Shown: positions 17,647-27,901 of the stretch, piece after piece
Layout of the letters: every line of letters starts with the position of its first letter
Position numbering within the stretch: the stretch's first letter is position 1
Assembly: GCA_965206645.1 (NCBI GenBank)
Contig: CBDBKE010000002.1
Span: 352,001 to 416,000, forward strand
Reading direction: 5' to 3'
DNA length: 64,000 nucleotides
DNA from: Terriglobia bacterium
GTDB lineage: Bacteria; Acidobacteriota; Terriglobia; JAJPHL01; JAPKYU01
Notes under the pieces: generated by a model
The model's database searches: none
Seen by the model: only the letters and a program-made list of their open reading frames with translations
What the model was told of the DNA's origin: nothing
Translations under genes and position numbers: made by a program

Positions 17647-19629
17647 CTACACTCTAGCGATCACAATCGCACTGAGTACACCGAAGAAGGTGCCGGCGCA
17701 CAGCAGTCCCAATTGCACGATCCAGTGGGATCGCAGCGGTGGGGGCAGGAAAACGCGATTGGTGTAGAAGGTGTGGAAAGCGGTAGCCGCCAGAACGACG
17801 TTTGCGAGGCCCGCTCCAATCTTGGCGATCTGCAGAGGATCGAGGAAGGCCAGCGAGTACACGCCCCAGGATCCGTACACAACCAGGATACCGTAGTAAA
17901 TATACTTGACCTGGTTTCCCTGAAGCCGTTGCGCCCTCTTATTCGACACCCAGAGAAGGTCTGTCCAGAGGCGGGCGATGATGTCGGCCGCAAACACCTG
18001 CCCGGGACCCAGTACCATGAAGCCCGTAAACAAGGTCAGGATCCAGAGAAGTGGTCCGTAGTCGGCATACTGTTGCGCCATAGCTCCGGCGGTCATGGCC
18101 GCAACGCGGTCGCCCACCACCGGGGCGTGACGGATGAAGCGCAAGGAGATCATGCAGGGCAGCGCCATGCCCAACAGCGAGGCGATCATCCAGATGCAAA
18201 GCTGGTCGCGCCAAATGTGGCGGATCCAGCCGCGCCAGCGGCCCAAGTTGGCTTGATTCAGGGGAAAGACCTGTCCGGTATGGGAAAGAGTAACCCGTCC
18301 TCCGCCAACGGCACTGGGGATGGCCCCCACGCGAGCCCCCATTCCCCAACCTTTATCCCGCACGTAATTCGAGAGGAGAGCATTGGCGATCCCGCCGGCG
18401 CCGGCGATGGAGGCAAAGGCGGCCAGCAGTGCCCAGTCCAGGTCGGGAAGCTGACCACCGCCAAACAGGTAGCCGAGGAGGTTTTTGTGCTCGACGCCTC
18501 GATTGCGTACCAGCTCAGTGAACGTCGAGGCCAGCGGCTCAGGGATTTCTTCCAGTTTTGTCCAGCTTGACTGCTGATCGCCCTCCTGCGCCGAAAACGC
18601 CACCGGCTTCCATCTCCCGTCCGAATCCACATCACCTTCGACGACAAGGATCTTCTCTTCCTGCCGGTGCCGGACAAAGAATCCCCCCTGTTCGACGCGA
18701 GCCAGCGCCGCGGCAACCATCCGTTGATATCGCGGTTGAAGGTCGGGAGAAATGCTGTCGCCCATGGCGAAGCTCTGCTTATTTTCCCCGGTGCGGACGA
18801 TAAATGAGGTTACCAATGGCTGGCCATCCTCCAGCGTACCCCTCACGGTATAAACGGACGGCCCATCGTGTTCGGTAAGGGTGAAGTGGGGACCCAGGAT
18901 AATCGTCTCGGCGCGCAGCGGCACCGTGCCAAACCGGAAAAAGCCCTGGACCACTTCCCAAGCAATGTTGCCGGGCACCATCAGGGCTGCGATGATGATG
19001 GAGTAACCCAGGACCAGAACCAGCTTGGTGGTCATGAGCCACTCGATCACCTTGTAAATGGTTCCTCCGAAAATCAGAGGCACGAATGCTCCCAGGAACA
19101 CGCAGTAGCCCAGGACCTTGACGAACGCGCTCTCGGAAATCGTGAATCCAACTATGGTGATCGTGGCGTCGCCGGGGAGATGGCCGAGGATGGCCGCCGC
19201 CAACGGAACCGCGGCATTGGCGGCCATGAAAGGCCAGATCATATAGGAGCATAAAATCACATAAAAGGCGGTCCAGAGCCGCGGACCGGGCCGGGTGCGG
19301 AAAAATCCGACGAAGATGGGTTCGCCTGAGTAGAGCGTATATCGGATCAATTCAATGTTGATAAACAGCTGGCCGGCGATGCTGAGGAAGGCCAGCCACA
19401 GGAGAGCGGCGCCATATTGAGCCGAGACCGCCGGTCCGAACAGCCACTCTCCAGCGCCAATCGAAGCGCCCGCGAACAACAGTCCCGGCCCGATCGCTTT
19501 CTTCCAATAGGCGAGGCCGCCTCCCGGTGCGGGGGGCAAATCCCCGGTCGTCCAGGGACGGAGCGCGCCAGCCTCCACAAATTCCGGCGTTTGGGTTTCA
19601 GATAGGTTCGCGTCCTGGCCCGACTCCAT
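17647..19629 (-). CDS. Nramp-like membrane transporter, copy 2 (tandem paralog)
   Basis: Same length (660 aa) and collinear with copy 1; offset 2053 bp. Confidence 0.8.
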   Translation of the reverse strand: MESGQDANLSETQTPEFVEAGALRPWTTGDLPPAPGGGLAYWKKAIGPGLLFAGASIGAGEWLFGPAVSAQYGAALLWLAFLSIAGQLFINIELIRYTLYSGEPIFVGFFRTRPGPRLWTAFYVILCSYMIWPFMAANAAVPLAAAILGHLPGDATITIVGFTISESAFVKVLGYCVFLGAFVPLIFGGTIYKVIEWLMTTKLVLVLGYSIIIAALMVPGNIAWEVVQGFFRFGTVPLRAETIILGPHFTLTEHDGPSVYTVRGTLEDGQPLVTSFIVRTGENKQSFAMGDSISPDLQPRYQRMVAAALARVEQGGFFVRHRQEEKILVVEGDVDSDGRWKPVAFSAQEGDQQSSWTKLEEIPEPLASTFTELVRNRGVEHKNLLGYLFGGGQLPDLDWALLAAFASIAGAGGIANALLSNYVRDKGWGMGARVGAIPSAVGGGRVTLSHTGQVFPLNQANLGRWRGWIRHIWRDQLCIWMIASLLGMALPCMISLRFIRHAPVVGDRVAAMTAGAMAQQYADYGPLLWILTLFTGFMVLGPGQVFAADIIARLWTDLLWVSNKRAQRLQGNQVKYIYYGILVVYGSWGVYSLAFLDPLQIAKIGAGLANVVLAATAFHTFYTNRVFLPPPLRSHWIVQLGLLCAGTFFGVLSAIVIARV

Positions 19630-19841
19630 AGCACCTCCCGCTCAGATAAGTCTTCGCTTGCTGGCTGCTGAAGGGGGGCTTCCGCGCCAGCAGCCCGGAA
19701 CGTATCATGTATAACTGGTTTGAACAACTTGCTTGACGTGCTTTCCCTCGCACCACAGCCGGGGCAAAACAACTCGGCCCGCGAAGAAAAATGGAAGTCA
19801 GATAAATTGAACTTGCTGTCGTAACTGGAGGCCGAGCAACG

Positions 19842-20570
19842 GTGTCAAACAGACCGCCCGCGGGCAGCTCCTTCCTGGATCGCTTGGGTATTTCTGCCGT
19901 CATCTTTGACCTGGACGGCGTGCTGATTGACTCCATGCCCTTTCATTACGAGGCCTACCGGCGGCTGCTGGCCGAGGAAGGTCTGCCGCTGGAGCGGATG
20001 GAGATTTACCTGCGCGAAGGCCTGGGTTCGCCGGACGTGATCCGATCCCTGGCCGAGGATAAGGGGTGGGCATTCTCTCCGGAGCGTATCGAAGAGCTGG
20101 CGCAGCGCCGACGGCAGCTCTTCTACCAAGTCTACCAGCACCGGGTCTTTACCGAAGTGCCGGAGATACTGACCTGGCTCAGCCAGGCGGGATACCGCCT
20201 GGCTGTCGTATCTGCAGCCACGCAGAAAAGCCTCGACGTTTGCTTGAACCAGTATCCCGCGGGCCCGGACGGAAGAGGTCTGGGGCAGTGGTTCCCGTTG
20301 GTCATCAGCGGAACCATGGTGGAGCGCGGCAAGCCCTTTCCCGACCCTTACCTGAAAGCCCTGGAGGATCTGGGAGTGAAAGGGACGCAGGTGCTGGTGG
20401 TGGAGAATGCTCCGGCGGGGGTCACCGCGGCGTTGGCAGCCGGATGCCATTGCGTGGCCTTAGAGACGACGCTGCCTCGAAGTCATCTTGAGGGCGCGCA
20501 CTGGGTCCTACCTGATCATGCGGCTCTGCTCCAGAAGCTACGGGATTCGCCTGACCCAACTGGCGTCTAG
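19842..20570 (+). CDS. HAD-superfamily phosphatase (beta-PGM-like)
   Basis: FDLDGVLIDS, GKP.PDPY, VVENAPAGV.AA..AG. Confidence 0.88.
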   Translation: MSNRPPAGSSFLDRLGISAVIFDLDGVLIDSMPFHYEAYRRLLAEEGLPLERMEIYLREGLGSPDVIRSLAEDKGWAFSPERIEELAQRRRQLFYQVYQHRVFTEVPEILTWLSQAGYRLAVVSAATQKSLDVCLNQYPAGPDGRGLGQWFPLVISGTMVERGKPFPDPYLKALEDLGVKGTQVLVVENAPAGVTAALAAGCHCVALETTLPRSHLEGAHWVLPDHAALLQKLRDSPDPTGV

Positions 20571-20572
20571 CA

Positions 20573-21947
20573 CTAGCGGCGGCGCCCCTTGCGGCGGCTC
20601 CGTTTCAGCTTGAATCGGATCTGCTCCGTCCGGTCTTCATGCACCACCACATACCGCGTTTGGCGGTTGAACCCGGCACGATCAACGGTGACCCTGTACC
20701 TGCCGGGGGTGAGGCCGATATTGGCCGGGGAACGGTGAGCGGTGGCTCTTCCGTTCAAGTAGATCTTGTCGAGTGTGGATCACCAGGCGCGCGACCGCCG
20801 CTGGGGCCGCCGCACGACCTGACCGTGGTTGTGGGCGCGCCGGCGGCGTTGCTCTTTCCAACTGAGTGGCTGTGGGCGCCTGGGCTGGGGCTGAGTCCGC
20901 GGGGCTGCGCATCCGCCAGATGGCTCCGGCGGCCAGGGCCAGCACTATGGCAGCCCCCACTGCCAGCAACGCTTTCTTTCGCCGCCACCATCTTGTTCGC
21001 AACCATGCTGCGCCAAGGACCCGTGGCGCTGCTTCAGGTTGCACGCCGGCCTGGAGAAGCATCGTCTTCTCTGCAGAGGCATCAACTCCGCCCGCGGCAG
21101 CCGGAGCAAGCACGGCCGCCTTAGCCCCTGCGCCTTGCTTTGGCGCCCCCGCGGCATGACCCTTCAGGTCGGCGACCAGCTCAGCGCAATTCTGGTAGCG
21201 CTCAGCCGGATCCTTGGCCAGCGTCTTCAGCACCACGTGGTCCAAGCCTGGGTGCAGTGTGGGATTCAACGCGGTCGGCGCCTGCGGTTGCTCCCCGACG
21301 ATCTGGAAGATGACGGTGGTAATGTTTTCGCCGGCGAAGGGCTTGGTCCAGGCCAGCATCTCGTAGAGAACCACGCCGAGCGAGAAGATGTCGGAGCGTC
21401 CGTCCAAAGCTCCGCCCTTCACCAGCTCCGGCGACATGTAGGACGAGGTGCCCAGCGCCTGGCCGGTGCGGGTCATGCCCATGTTGACGATCTTGGCCAC
21501 GCCGAAGTCCATCACCTTGACGTGGCTGCCCGTGACCATGATGTTGGCCGGCTTGATGTCGCGATGGATGATCTGGCGGGAATGGGCGTGATCCAGCGCC
21601 GCGCCTACTTGCTCCACAATGGGAATGGCCTGCTCCACTGGCACCGGAGTGCGACCTATGATGCGCTGCAGGGTCTCTCCCTCCACCAGCTCCATGGCGA
21701 TGTAGAACAGCCCCTGGTCTTCGCCGGCATCGTAGATGGTGACAATGTTGGGATGCGACAGGATGCCAGCCGCCTGAGCCTCGCGCCGGAAGCGCATCAC
21801 CAATTCCGGGTCCGCGGCCTCCAGCGAGATGGTCTTGATTGCGACCGGGCGGCCGATGGTGGGGTCAAAGCCACGGTACACGACGCCCATTGCCCCCCGG
21901 CCCAACTCTTCCTGGATCTGGTAGCGTCCGACCCTAGTCAAAGGCAT
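20573..21947 (-). CDS. Ser/Thr protein kinase with TM helix and PEGA domain; frameshift near 20775
   Basis: LGRGAMGVVY, HRDIKPANI, DFG, YMSPE; the PEGA part (IYLNG...PGRYRVTV) continues in the frame of ORF 20573..20758. Confidence 0.85.
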
Positions 21948-22016
21948 GGGAAGCCGGAATCCCGCTCTCTGCGCCTGTTCCCGGAGCGGGTGCGCTTGTT
22001 GTGGGCAGCAGGCGGA

Positions 22017-22097
22017 GTATAGCATGTCGGGTATAGCATGCCGGCGCCCGGCGACTTATAGTGGTCGCCTTATAGTGGCTGCCTTATAGTGGGGGCC
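22017..22097. repeat. Short tandem duplications with 14-bp period
   Basis: GTATAGCATG at 22017 and 22031; CTTATAGTGG at 22055, 22069 and 22083. Confidence 0.85.
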
Positions 22098-22125
22098 ATT
22101 CCACTATCGCGCGAGGCAAACGACG

Positions 22126-22536
22126 ATGTCCTACTGGTTCTTTCTCAGCGACCCGGAGGATTACCACTTCGATGCGCTGCTGCGGCGCAAGAACGAAACG
22201 TGGGACGGGGTGTTTGGCACAGCGGCGCAGAGCTTTTTGGGCCAGGTCAAACGCGGCGATCGCATTCTGGGCTACCACACCGCCCCGGAGAAGCAGGTGG
22301 TCGCCGTGCTGGAAGCTTCGAGCGATGCCTACCAGAATCCCGAGATCAAGGGCAAGAAGAACTGGGTGGTGAACGTGAAGGGGCTCGAGAAGCTGCCGCG
22401 CCCCGTTCCCCTGGCGGAACTGAAGGCCACCAGGAAGCTGGCCCAGATGAAGCTGTTCAAGCTGATGCGCCCGATTGCCGTCTCCCCACTCACTGAGGCT
22501 GAGTTCAACGAGATCCGCCGCATGGGCGGCCTGTAA
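22126..22536 (+). CDS. EVE domain protein
   Basis: YW.F.SDP..Y, WDGV, GD....YH, PV.LAELK, VSPLT..EF. Confidence 0.85.
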   Translation: MSYWFFLSDPEDYHFDALLRRKNETWDGVFGTAAQSFLGQVKRGDRILGYHTAPEKQVVAVLEASSDAYQNPEIKGKKNWVVNVKGLEKLPRPVPLAELKATRKLAQMKLFKLMRPIAVSPLTEAEFNEIRRMGGL

Positions 22537-22716
22537 AGCGCTGTCCTGGGGCCGGGTTCTGGGGCGCTGCTGAGAACGCGGAAGCTGGTCATTCCGCAAA
22601 AGAGCCGGGCCGCAGCATTCAGCAGCGAGACTTGTCGCTCAGTTCGCTCTTTTGACCAGTTCCACCCGCCGGTTCTTGGCGCGGCCCTCTTCCGTCTCGT
22701 TAGTTGCCACGGGCGC

Positions 22717-24155
22717 GAGGGTGTCCTGAACTCAGTTGAAAGTTCGTAGCGGCGGTTCGGAGCCATCATACTACGCCACCTCCCGTCGAGTGGCCGACTT
22801 TGATCCTTCGAGGATCGCTTTCAACATCCACAGGTCCTGGTACCCCATCAGGCGGCGGAAGTTTTTCTCCGTGGCCAGGAAGCTGGAGGCGACCCAGCGC
22901 TGGACCATGGCCGCATCCCGCCAGCGGCACACCCGGCGAGTTCGCAACCTCACTCCCGCCTGCGGACTCTCGATGAGATTGGTGGTGGCCAGACAGCGAT
23001 GTAGCGAAGCCGGAAGCTCCAGCCGGTTGATGGTGAAACATTCCTCCAGACCCTCCCGTAAGCTGGCCGCCGCGGCCGGACAATCTCGCTCCAACCATTG
23101 GGCCAACTTCTCCAGCTTGGCCCTGCCGGTCTTCGGATCCAACCGCCAGGCGGCCCGCATCGCCGCCCGCACCTGGTCCCGCTCTGGCTCCGGCAACCGG
23201 TCCAGGACGTTGCGCAACTTGTGGGCGCGGCAGCGCTGCACCGGCTGCTCGGCCCCGAACACGGCGCGGATCGCCGCCCGCAAGGCCTTCGAGCCGTCGA
23301 TCACAAACAGCCGTTTCTGGGCCGGCTGCACCCCTCGCCGCACTAAACCTTCCAGCAAGTCCTGGACGGCCGCGGCGTTCTCCGTAGCCCCCTGCTGAAT
23401 CCCCAGCACGTGCTTGTGCCCTTCCGCATCCACGCCCACAGCCGCAATCACGTGATGGTCGCCAAACACCATCCCGTCGATGTAGAGGATCAGCAACTCT
23501 ACTTCCTCGAAGCGGCGGTTCAACAGACGTTCTAACTCGGCTGCGGCAGCCTCCATCGTTTCCCGGCTGACCGTGGAGCGCGACACACCCACGGTGTCCG
23601 CCATCTCCGGCAACACCCGCTGGTACTGCCGGGTCGAGACGCCCCGCAGCAAGATATCCAACATCCGGGCCCCCAGACCCTCGCCCTCCTGCATGGCTTC
23701 GTAGGCCGGGAGGGGAACTTCTTTCCCCGCTCCCCGGCCTGGCCGCCGGAGCCGTGGCCTGTGCACGGCCAGCTTTCTCTCCTTCAGGCGCACCCGTCCC
23801 CGCTGGCGCCCATACCAGCCCACCCCACGGCGCCGCCGGCCCTGACGGCGCGGACCGGCCACCTGCGCGGCCGACAACTCCAGCACCGCTTCAATCGCCG
23901 CCCTACCCACCACGTCGATCAGCTCGTCGACGGCTAACCGCGATTGTTCGATCAACTCCACCCAGGGCAGCAGAAACTGCCCGTGGCGAGCCAGGTAGGC
24001 AGCCAGTTTGCGGGAGCTTCGGCTATCGCTCCGGCCTAGGATGTGGTAGCTTCTCTGCACGGCGGTTCCCCTTTCCAGAAAGTTTCCCAACCCGATTCTA
24101 CGGAACCAGGTCAGCGAACCGCCGCTCAACTTTCAACTAAAGGTGAGACACTCTC
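22717..24155 (-). mobile_element. IS256-family element with 8-bp target duplication
   Basis: IRs GAGGGTGTCCTGAACTCAGTTGAAAGTT / AACTTTCAACTAAAGGTGAGACACTCTC; DR ACGGGCGC at 22709-22716 and 24156-24163. Confidence 0.95.
22771..24129 (-). CDS. IS256-family transposase
   Basis: GVSTR, LYIDG, GATENA, VIDGSKAL, QRCRAHKLRNV, TTNLIES; the start may be downstream. Confidence 0.92.
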   Translation of the reverse strand: MSGGSLTWFRRIGLGNFLERGTAVQRSYHILGRSDSRSSRKLAAYLARHGQFLLPWVELIEQSRLAVDELIDVVGRAAIEAVLELSAAQVAGPRRQGRRRRGVGWYGRQRGRVRLKERKLAVHRPRLRRPGRGAGKEVPLPAYEAMQEGEGLGARMLDILLRGVSTRQYQRVLPEMADTVGVSRSTVSRETMEAAAAELERLLNRRFEEVELLILYIDGMVFGDHHVIAAVGVDAEGHKHVLGIQQGATENAAAVQDLLEGLVRRGVQPAQKRLFVIDGSKALRAAIRAVFGAEQPVQRCRAHKLRNVLDRLPEPERDQVRAAMRAAWRLDPKTGRAKLEKLAQWLERDCPAAAASLREGLEECFTINRLELPASLHRCLATTNLIESPQAGVRLRTRRVCRWRDAAMVQRWVASSFLATEKNFRRLMGYQDLWMLKAILEGSKSATRREVA

Positions 24156-24336
24156 ACGGGCGCTACGGGTCCGACACCCACCGCCTTAAGGCGAGAGGCG
24201 GCAATGCCGTATTTCTGTGACAGTGCGACTGTCACCGCCTTTGCCCGCGCATCGGAAAGCTGCAGATTGTGCTCGTAGCTTCCGGTGCCGTCTGTGTGTC
24301 CGGTGACGAAAAAAGTCATGGCCGAATTGCCCTTCA

Positions 24337-24588
24337 GTGGGGAAACGCACTATTAGCGCTAAAGCGGGTTCTTTCGTCTTTGTCCCTAGAGGTACAGTTC
24401 ACGCCTTTTGTAGGGCTGGGCAGGAACCAGTCAAGGGACTAGCCATGTTCTCTCCAGCAGGGGTTGAGAAGTTTTTTGAAGAAGCGGTCGACATGGATGT
24501 AACGGACACTGAAGCTTATATTGCCAGAGCCAATGCTTTAGCCGAGAAGTACAACATGGAGATTGTGGGGCCGCCACTGGAGGTCTAG
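24337..24588 (+). pseudogene. Cupin-domain protein, 3' half
   Basis: AGSFVFVPRGTVHAF...SPAGVEKFFEE...KYNMEIVGPP; first cupin motif absent. Confidence 0.7.
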
Positions 24589-24619
24589 AAGCGGTCTCAG
24601 AGTGCCGAAACGTAGTAGG

Positions 24620-26277
24620 CCGGAATTTCCATTTTGAGCTTCCTCTTCACCCGAAAAGCTATGCCTCGTACCCTGTCGTGTCAACCGCAAACAGCTCTGG
24701 CCTCTTTGAGGTGGTAGTGCGGCACATTTTGGCTGTTCTTCGGAGTTGCTGTGCGGGTTTCGCCTGCCCAGCCTGCCGCGCCGCTGACACTTATCCGGCC
24801 CGACCACTTCTGAGCACCTAAAATTACCCTCTCTCCCGGTTCGCTAGCCGTCTGGCAGCGGCAGTGCCGAGATCGTTCGCAGCATGCTGCTGAACAGCCT
24901 CCGGCTCAAGTGCCCTTCGGCCAGCAAAAGCCAGTAATATCGCGCATGTTTCACCAGCCGTCCTCCCGTTTTCACCAACCGCTGTTGCAAGCTCGTCAGG
25001 GACCAGTTCCCGATTCTCTGTGGCAGCACCAGTCGCCGCCACAGGTTGCCGAGATTATAGGCAATGATGGTGAGCCACAGCCGGACCTCGTTCGACCGGA
25101 ACCGGTGACAACTGAGCCGCGTCATCTTCACTGCTTGCTCTCCTTCTTTGATCCACTGCTCCGCTGTCCCCCGCTTGTTGTAAAACCGCATCACCGCCCG
25201 ACTTGGCAGAGTCAAGTTCGTAACGATAAACCCTACTCGCGGGAACAGCTCCCCTGGATGATGCTCCACCTTGGCCACCACCCTGCGGGCTGTCTTCCAA
25301 CTGGCCGCTTGGTATAGAAAGCCCTTGAACTCCACCAACGGCTTCTTGCTGGGTCTCCCCACCGGCCGAGTCAGCAACTCCTCAATGTCCCGCTGTAGGC
25401 TGTCGTTAGCCGGGATGCGGATGGCGTACTTTACCTCCCGCTCCTCCAGAGCCTCGTAAATCTCCGGCTTGGCAAAGGCCGCGTCGGCACGAAACACCAC
25501 TTCCTTGCCCAGCTGCTGCTGCCGCTCGATCTCCGGCAGGAGAAGTTCTTTCCAGTCCTCGGCGCTGTGCACGTTGCCCGGTCGCAGCTTGGCCGCCAGA
25601 CAGTCACCCTCGCGATTGAACAGCAACAACGGGTGATAGCAGCTCGACTCGAAATGCCCGTTGTAGGCACTCTGCTCCTGCTGGCCGTAGACCGGAATCT
25701 CGGTCGAGTCCATGTCCAGCACCACCCGTTGCGGGGAATCCATAGCTTCCGCCCTGGCGATTAAATCCCGGTTGATCGCTGCCAAACCAGCCAGGTTCTC
25801 ATCTTGCGTCAGTAGTTCTGTCTCGAACGATTGCAGCCGGGAAGTCAACGCGGCTCCTCGCTCCCAGATCTTTTCTGAACCGATCAGCCGGAACGTCGGA
25901 TCTTGAGAGAGCCGTTCCGCGTCATTCATATCTTCGTAACCCGCCAAGCGGCTGTACACGGACTGGCGCAGGAGGTCAGCAAAGGGCAACCGTGTGTTCT
26001 TTCTCCGAGGATCGGCCAAGTGCTGTTTGATGAGTTCTCCGAATCCCAAATGTTCGTCTGATTCGCGCACGAGGATCAGGCCGCCGTCGGAAGTAACCCG
26101 CGACCCCTGGAAATCGACCTTCAATGCAGCATTGAAAGAGAACTGAAAGGGCTGATTTTGCCTCTCACCCACTCGGTTTCTACCTCCGGAAGCTGTATTG
26201 ACGCTGGAACCGGCATAAATATTGGCGTCGGAGGTCAGTATAAGGTTAGCTTTGGAGTTTTAAAACGGAAATCCGGG
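24620..26277 (-). mobile_element. IS1380-family element (copy B, diverged/mosaic)
   Basis: Ends CCGGAATTTCCATTTTGA / GGAAATCCGGG. Confidence 0.92.
24844..26172 (-). CDS. IS1380-family transposase
   Basis: Same motifs as copy A. Confidence 0.93.
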   Translation of the reverse strand: MGERQNQPFQFSFNAALKVDFQGSRVTSDGGLILVRESDEHLGFGELIKQHLADPRRKNTRLPFADLLRQSVYSRLAGYEDMNDAERLSQDPTFRLIGSEKIWERGAALTSRLQSFETELLTQDENLAGLAAINRDLIARAEAMDSPQRVVLDMDSTEIPVYGQQEQSAYNGHFESSCYHPLLLFNREGDCLAAKLRPGNVHSAEDWKELLLPEIERQQQLGKEVVFRADAAFAKPEIYEALEEREVKYAIRIPANDSLQRDIEELLTRPVGRPSKKPLVEFKGFLYQAASWKTARRVVAKVEHHPGELFPRVGFIVTNLTLPSRAVMRFYNKRGTAEQWIKEGEQAVKMTRLSCHRFRSNEVRLWLTIIAYNLGNLWRRLVLPQRIGNWSLTSLQQRLVKTGGRLVKHARYYWLLLAEGHLSRRLFSSMLRTISALPLPDG

Positions 26278-26557
26278 CTCATTCGGGATGTATCTAGCAT
26301 CTTCGGATTTTGCATCCCGGAAAGCAAGTTGTCCAGCATTTCTTCGGCGCCAGAAGGGACCCGTTCTTGAGGCGCACAGGAGGATGGTTATCTTTGATGG
26401 TGAAGTGCCCAGGCTCTCCGAACCCAGTGACGCTTTTAGCGTCTGCAACCCATTGTTTGCTCTGCGGCGGCCCCGGCAACGCCACGATGGGGCTGTCCCA
26501 GCTGCGGCCCTTGTCAGTGGATCGCAGGACGAAGGTCTTATCGTGATAGCACACTAT
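26278..26557 (-). pseudogene. Internal fragment of a BNR/Asp-box (sialidase-like) protein
   Basis: FVLRSTDKGRSW; bounded by IS1380 and IS256 ends. Confidence 0.6.
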
Positions 26558-26935
26558 GAGAGTGAGCGAAACTTAGTTGGAAATTGAAACGGCTCCCACA
26601 CCCGTGTGGTTTGATGACGTTAAGAGACGGACATCACCCCACGAGAGAAAGGAGCCGAGATGAGCAGTGTCCTACGTCCTGTCAGGAAGCGCAAGAAGGG
26701 TCGCACGCTGGGTCCGGTCAAGATCATCCGCCGCGAGGACTACTCCGACCTGGAGCTCGACGCCAAGGTGGAGCTAATCCGGTCCTTGGTCCCCCTGGGG
26801 TTGATGCACGTGGAGGAGTTGCTCGATGAGGAGGTGACGGCGCTGGCGGGCGAGCGATACGCCCGCAAGGACGCGTCGGTCGGAGGGCGCCGTCATGGCA
26901 GCAATCCCGGGACGGTCGGGCTGGCCGGACAGCGC
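26558..26935 (+). mobile_element. Truncated IS256-family element (left end + transposase N-terminus from 26660)
   Basis: GAGAGTGAGCGAAACTTAGTTGGAAATTGA resembles the IS256 end at 24155; EELLDEEVTALAGERYAR...RHGSNPGTV.LAGQR. Confidence 0.78.
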
Positions 26936-27042
26936 ACTCCGCTGCTGTGGCGCAGCTGAGTCGGTGGGGTAGGAGGAAGCCACGGTTGCTCCACGTCGGC
27001 TGGCTTGAACAGCTTCTTCAGGTTTTCGGTAAGCTGGGTCAC
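26936..27042 (-). pseudogene. Truncated 5' end of the gene downstream of bactofilin
   Basis: GTG 27042: MTQLTENLKKLFKPADVEQPWLPPTPPTQLRHSSG, cut at the IS256 remnant. Confidence 0.35.
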
Positions 27043-27120
27043 CGCTTCCCCATAGGGCACATGTTAGGTCTTGCGGGGCCGTCCGGGCAGGTGGCGTCCG
27101 GTTCTGGCCGATCGGAAGGA

Positions 27121-27651
27121 TCAAGGAAGCTTCTTTCCCGTGCTGAAACCGGCATGGGACGATGGCGCGGTAGCGGCGGCGGCCGTCTCCGCTTTCCTGG
27201 CCTCCGCCCGGGCCACTTCGGCCCGCTGGGTTTCAATGCTTCCCTTGACGTAGGCGCCCTCCTCGATGATGGGCCGGGCTGTGATGATATCGCCGATCAA
27301 CGATCCGGACTTTCGGATCTCGACCTTGTCGATGGCGCGCACGTTCCCCTGCACCTTGCCGATGATGGTAATGTCCTTGGCGTGCAGGTTGGCCTTGACC
27401 CGGCCGTTGGGTCCGACGGTCAGGTTGTGGTCTGGCAGTTCCACCGTGCCTTCGACTTCTCCATCAAGGTACAGGTCCTCCTTTCCCGACAGCTCCCCTT
27501 TTACGACGACGGTTTTGCCGATGTAGGCCATTCCACTGTGGGGCGATCCTTCTCGCTCTGGCTCGAAAGGTCTCCGTTCACTGGGTGTAGCCACAGGACT
27601 CACCTCCTTTGCCACGTTGGTTGTGACTTCTTCTTTGCGCGTTTTCCACAT
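27121..27651 (-). CDS. Bactofilin (polymer-forming cytoskeletal protein)
   Basis: IGKTVVVKGELSGKEDLYLDGEVEG...VGPNG.V.A...IEEGA..KGSI. Confidence 0.9.
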   Translation of the reverse strand: MWKTRKEEVTTNVAKEVSPVATPSERRPFEPEREGSPHSGMAYIGKTVVVKGELSGKEDLYLDGEVEGTVELPDHNLTVGPNGRVKANLHAKDITIIGKVQGNVRAIDKVEIRKSGSLIGDIITARPIIEEGAYVKGSIETQRAEVARAEARKAETAAAATAPSSHAGFSTGKKLP

Positions 27652-27901
27652 GCATTGGACTCCTCGTTGGCAACAAGCGGTCACTTGTCGCCATCAGGCC
27701 GGCCATTTCGATGAAACTATAACACAGGGAGGTCCTGAGCACGGTGCGCAAGCCCGGACGCGTGTCTTCCAAGTACTACTTGCGGCACAATGTCTGCGAT
27801 GGGTCTTCGAGGGAGCTGTGTTTGGAGAAACTGGTAGGGTCTGGTCTGCTTGTGGGCAGGATTTCTTTTTTGGTGTCCCGCTATAGGAGTTGGGACTTTA
27901 G

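Larger units (their letters stand above)
22639..24319 (-). pseudogene. OmpA-like C-terminal domain fragment split by IS256
   Basis: GHTDGTGSYEHNLQLSDARAKAV...GVGPVAPV | after the IS: ATNETEEGRAKNRRVELVKRAN*. Confidence 0.85.

Noticed and set aside
22088-22106. TAGTGG-N8-CCACTA resembling part of site 2
   Set aside because: Lacks the GTAAAC arm; adequately explained by the local 14-bp duplication plus a short palindrome.
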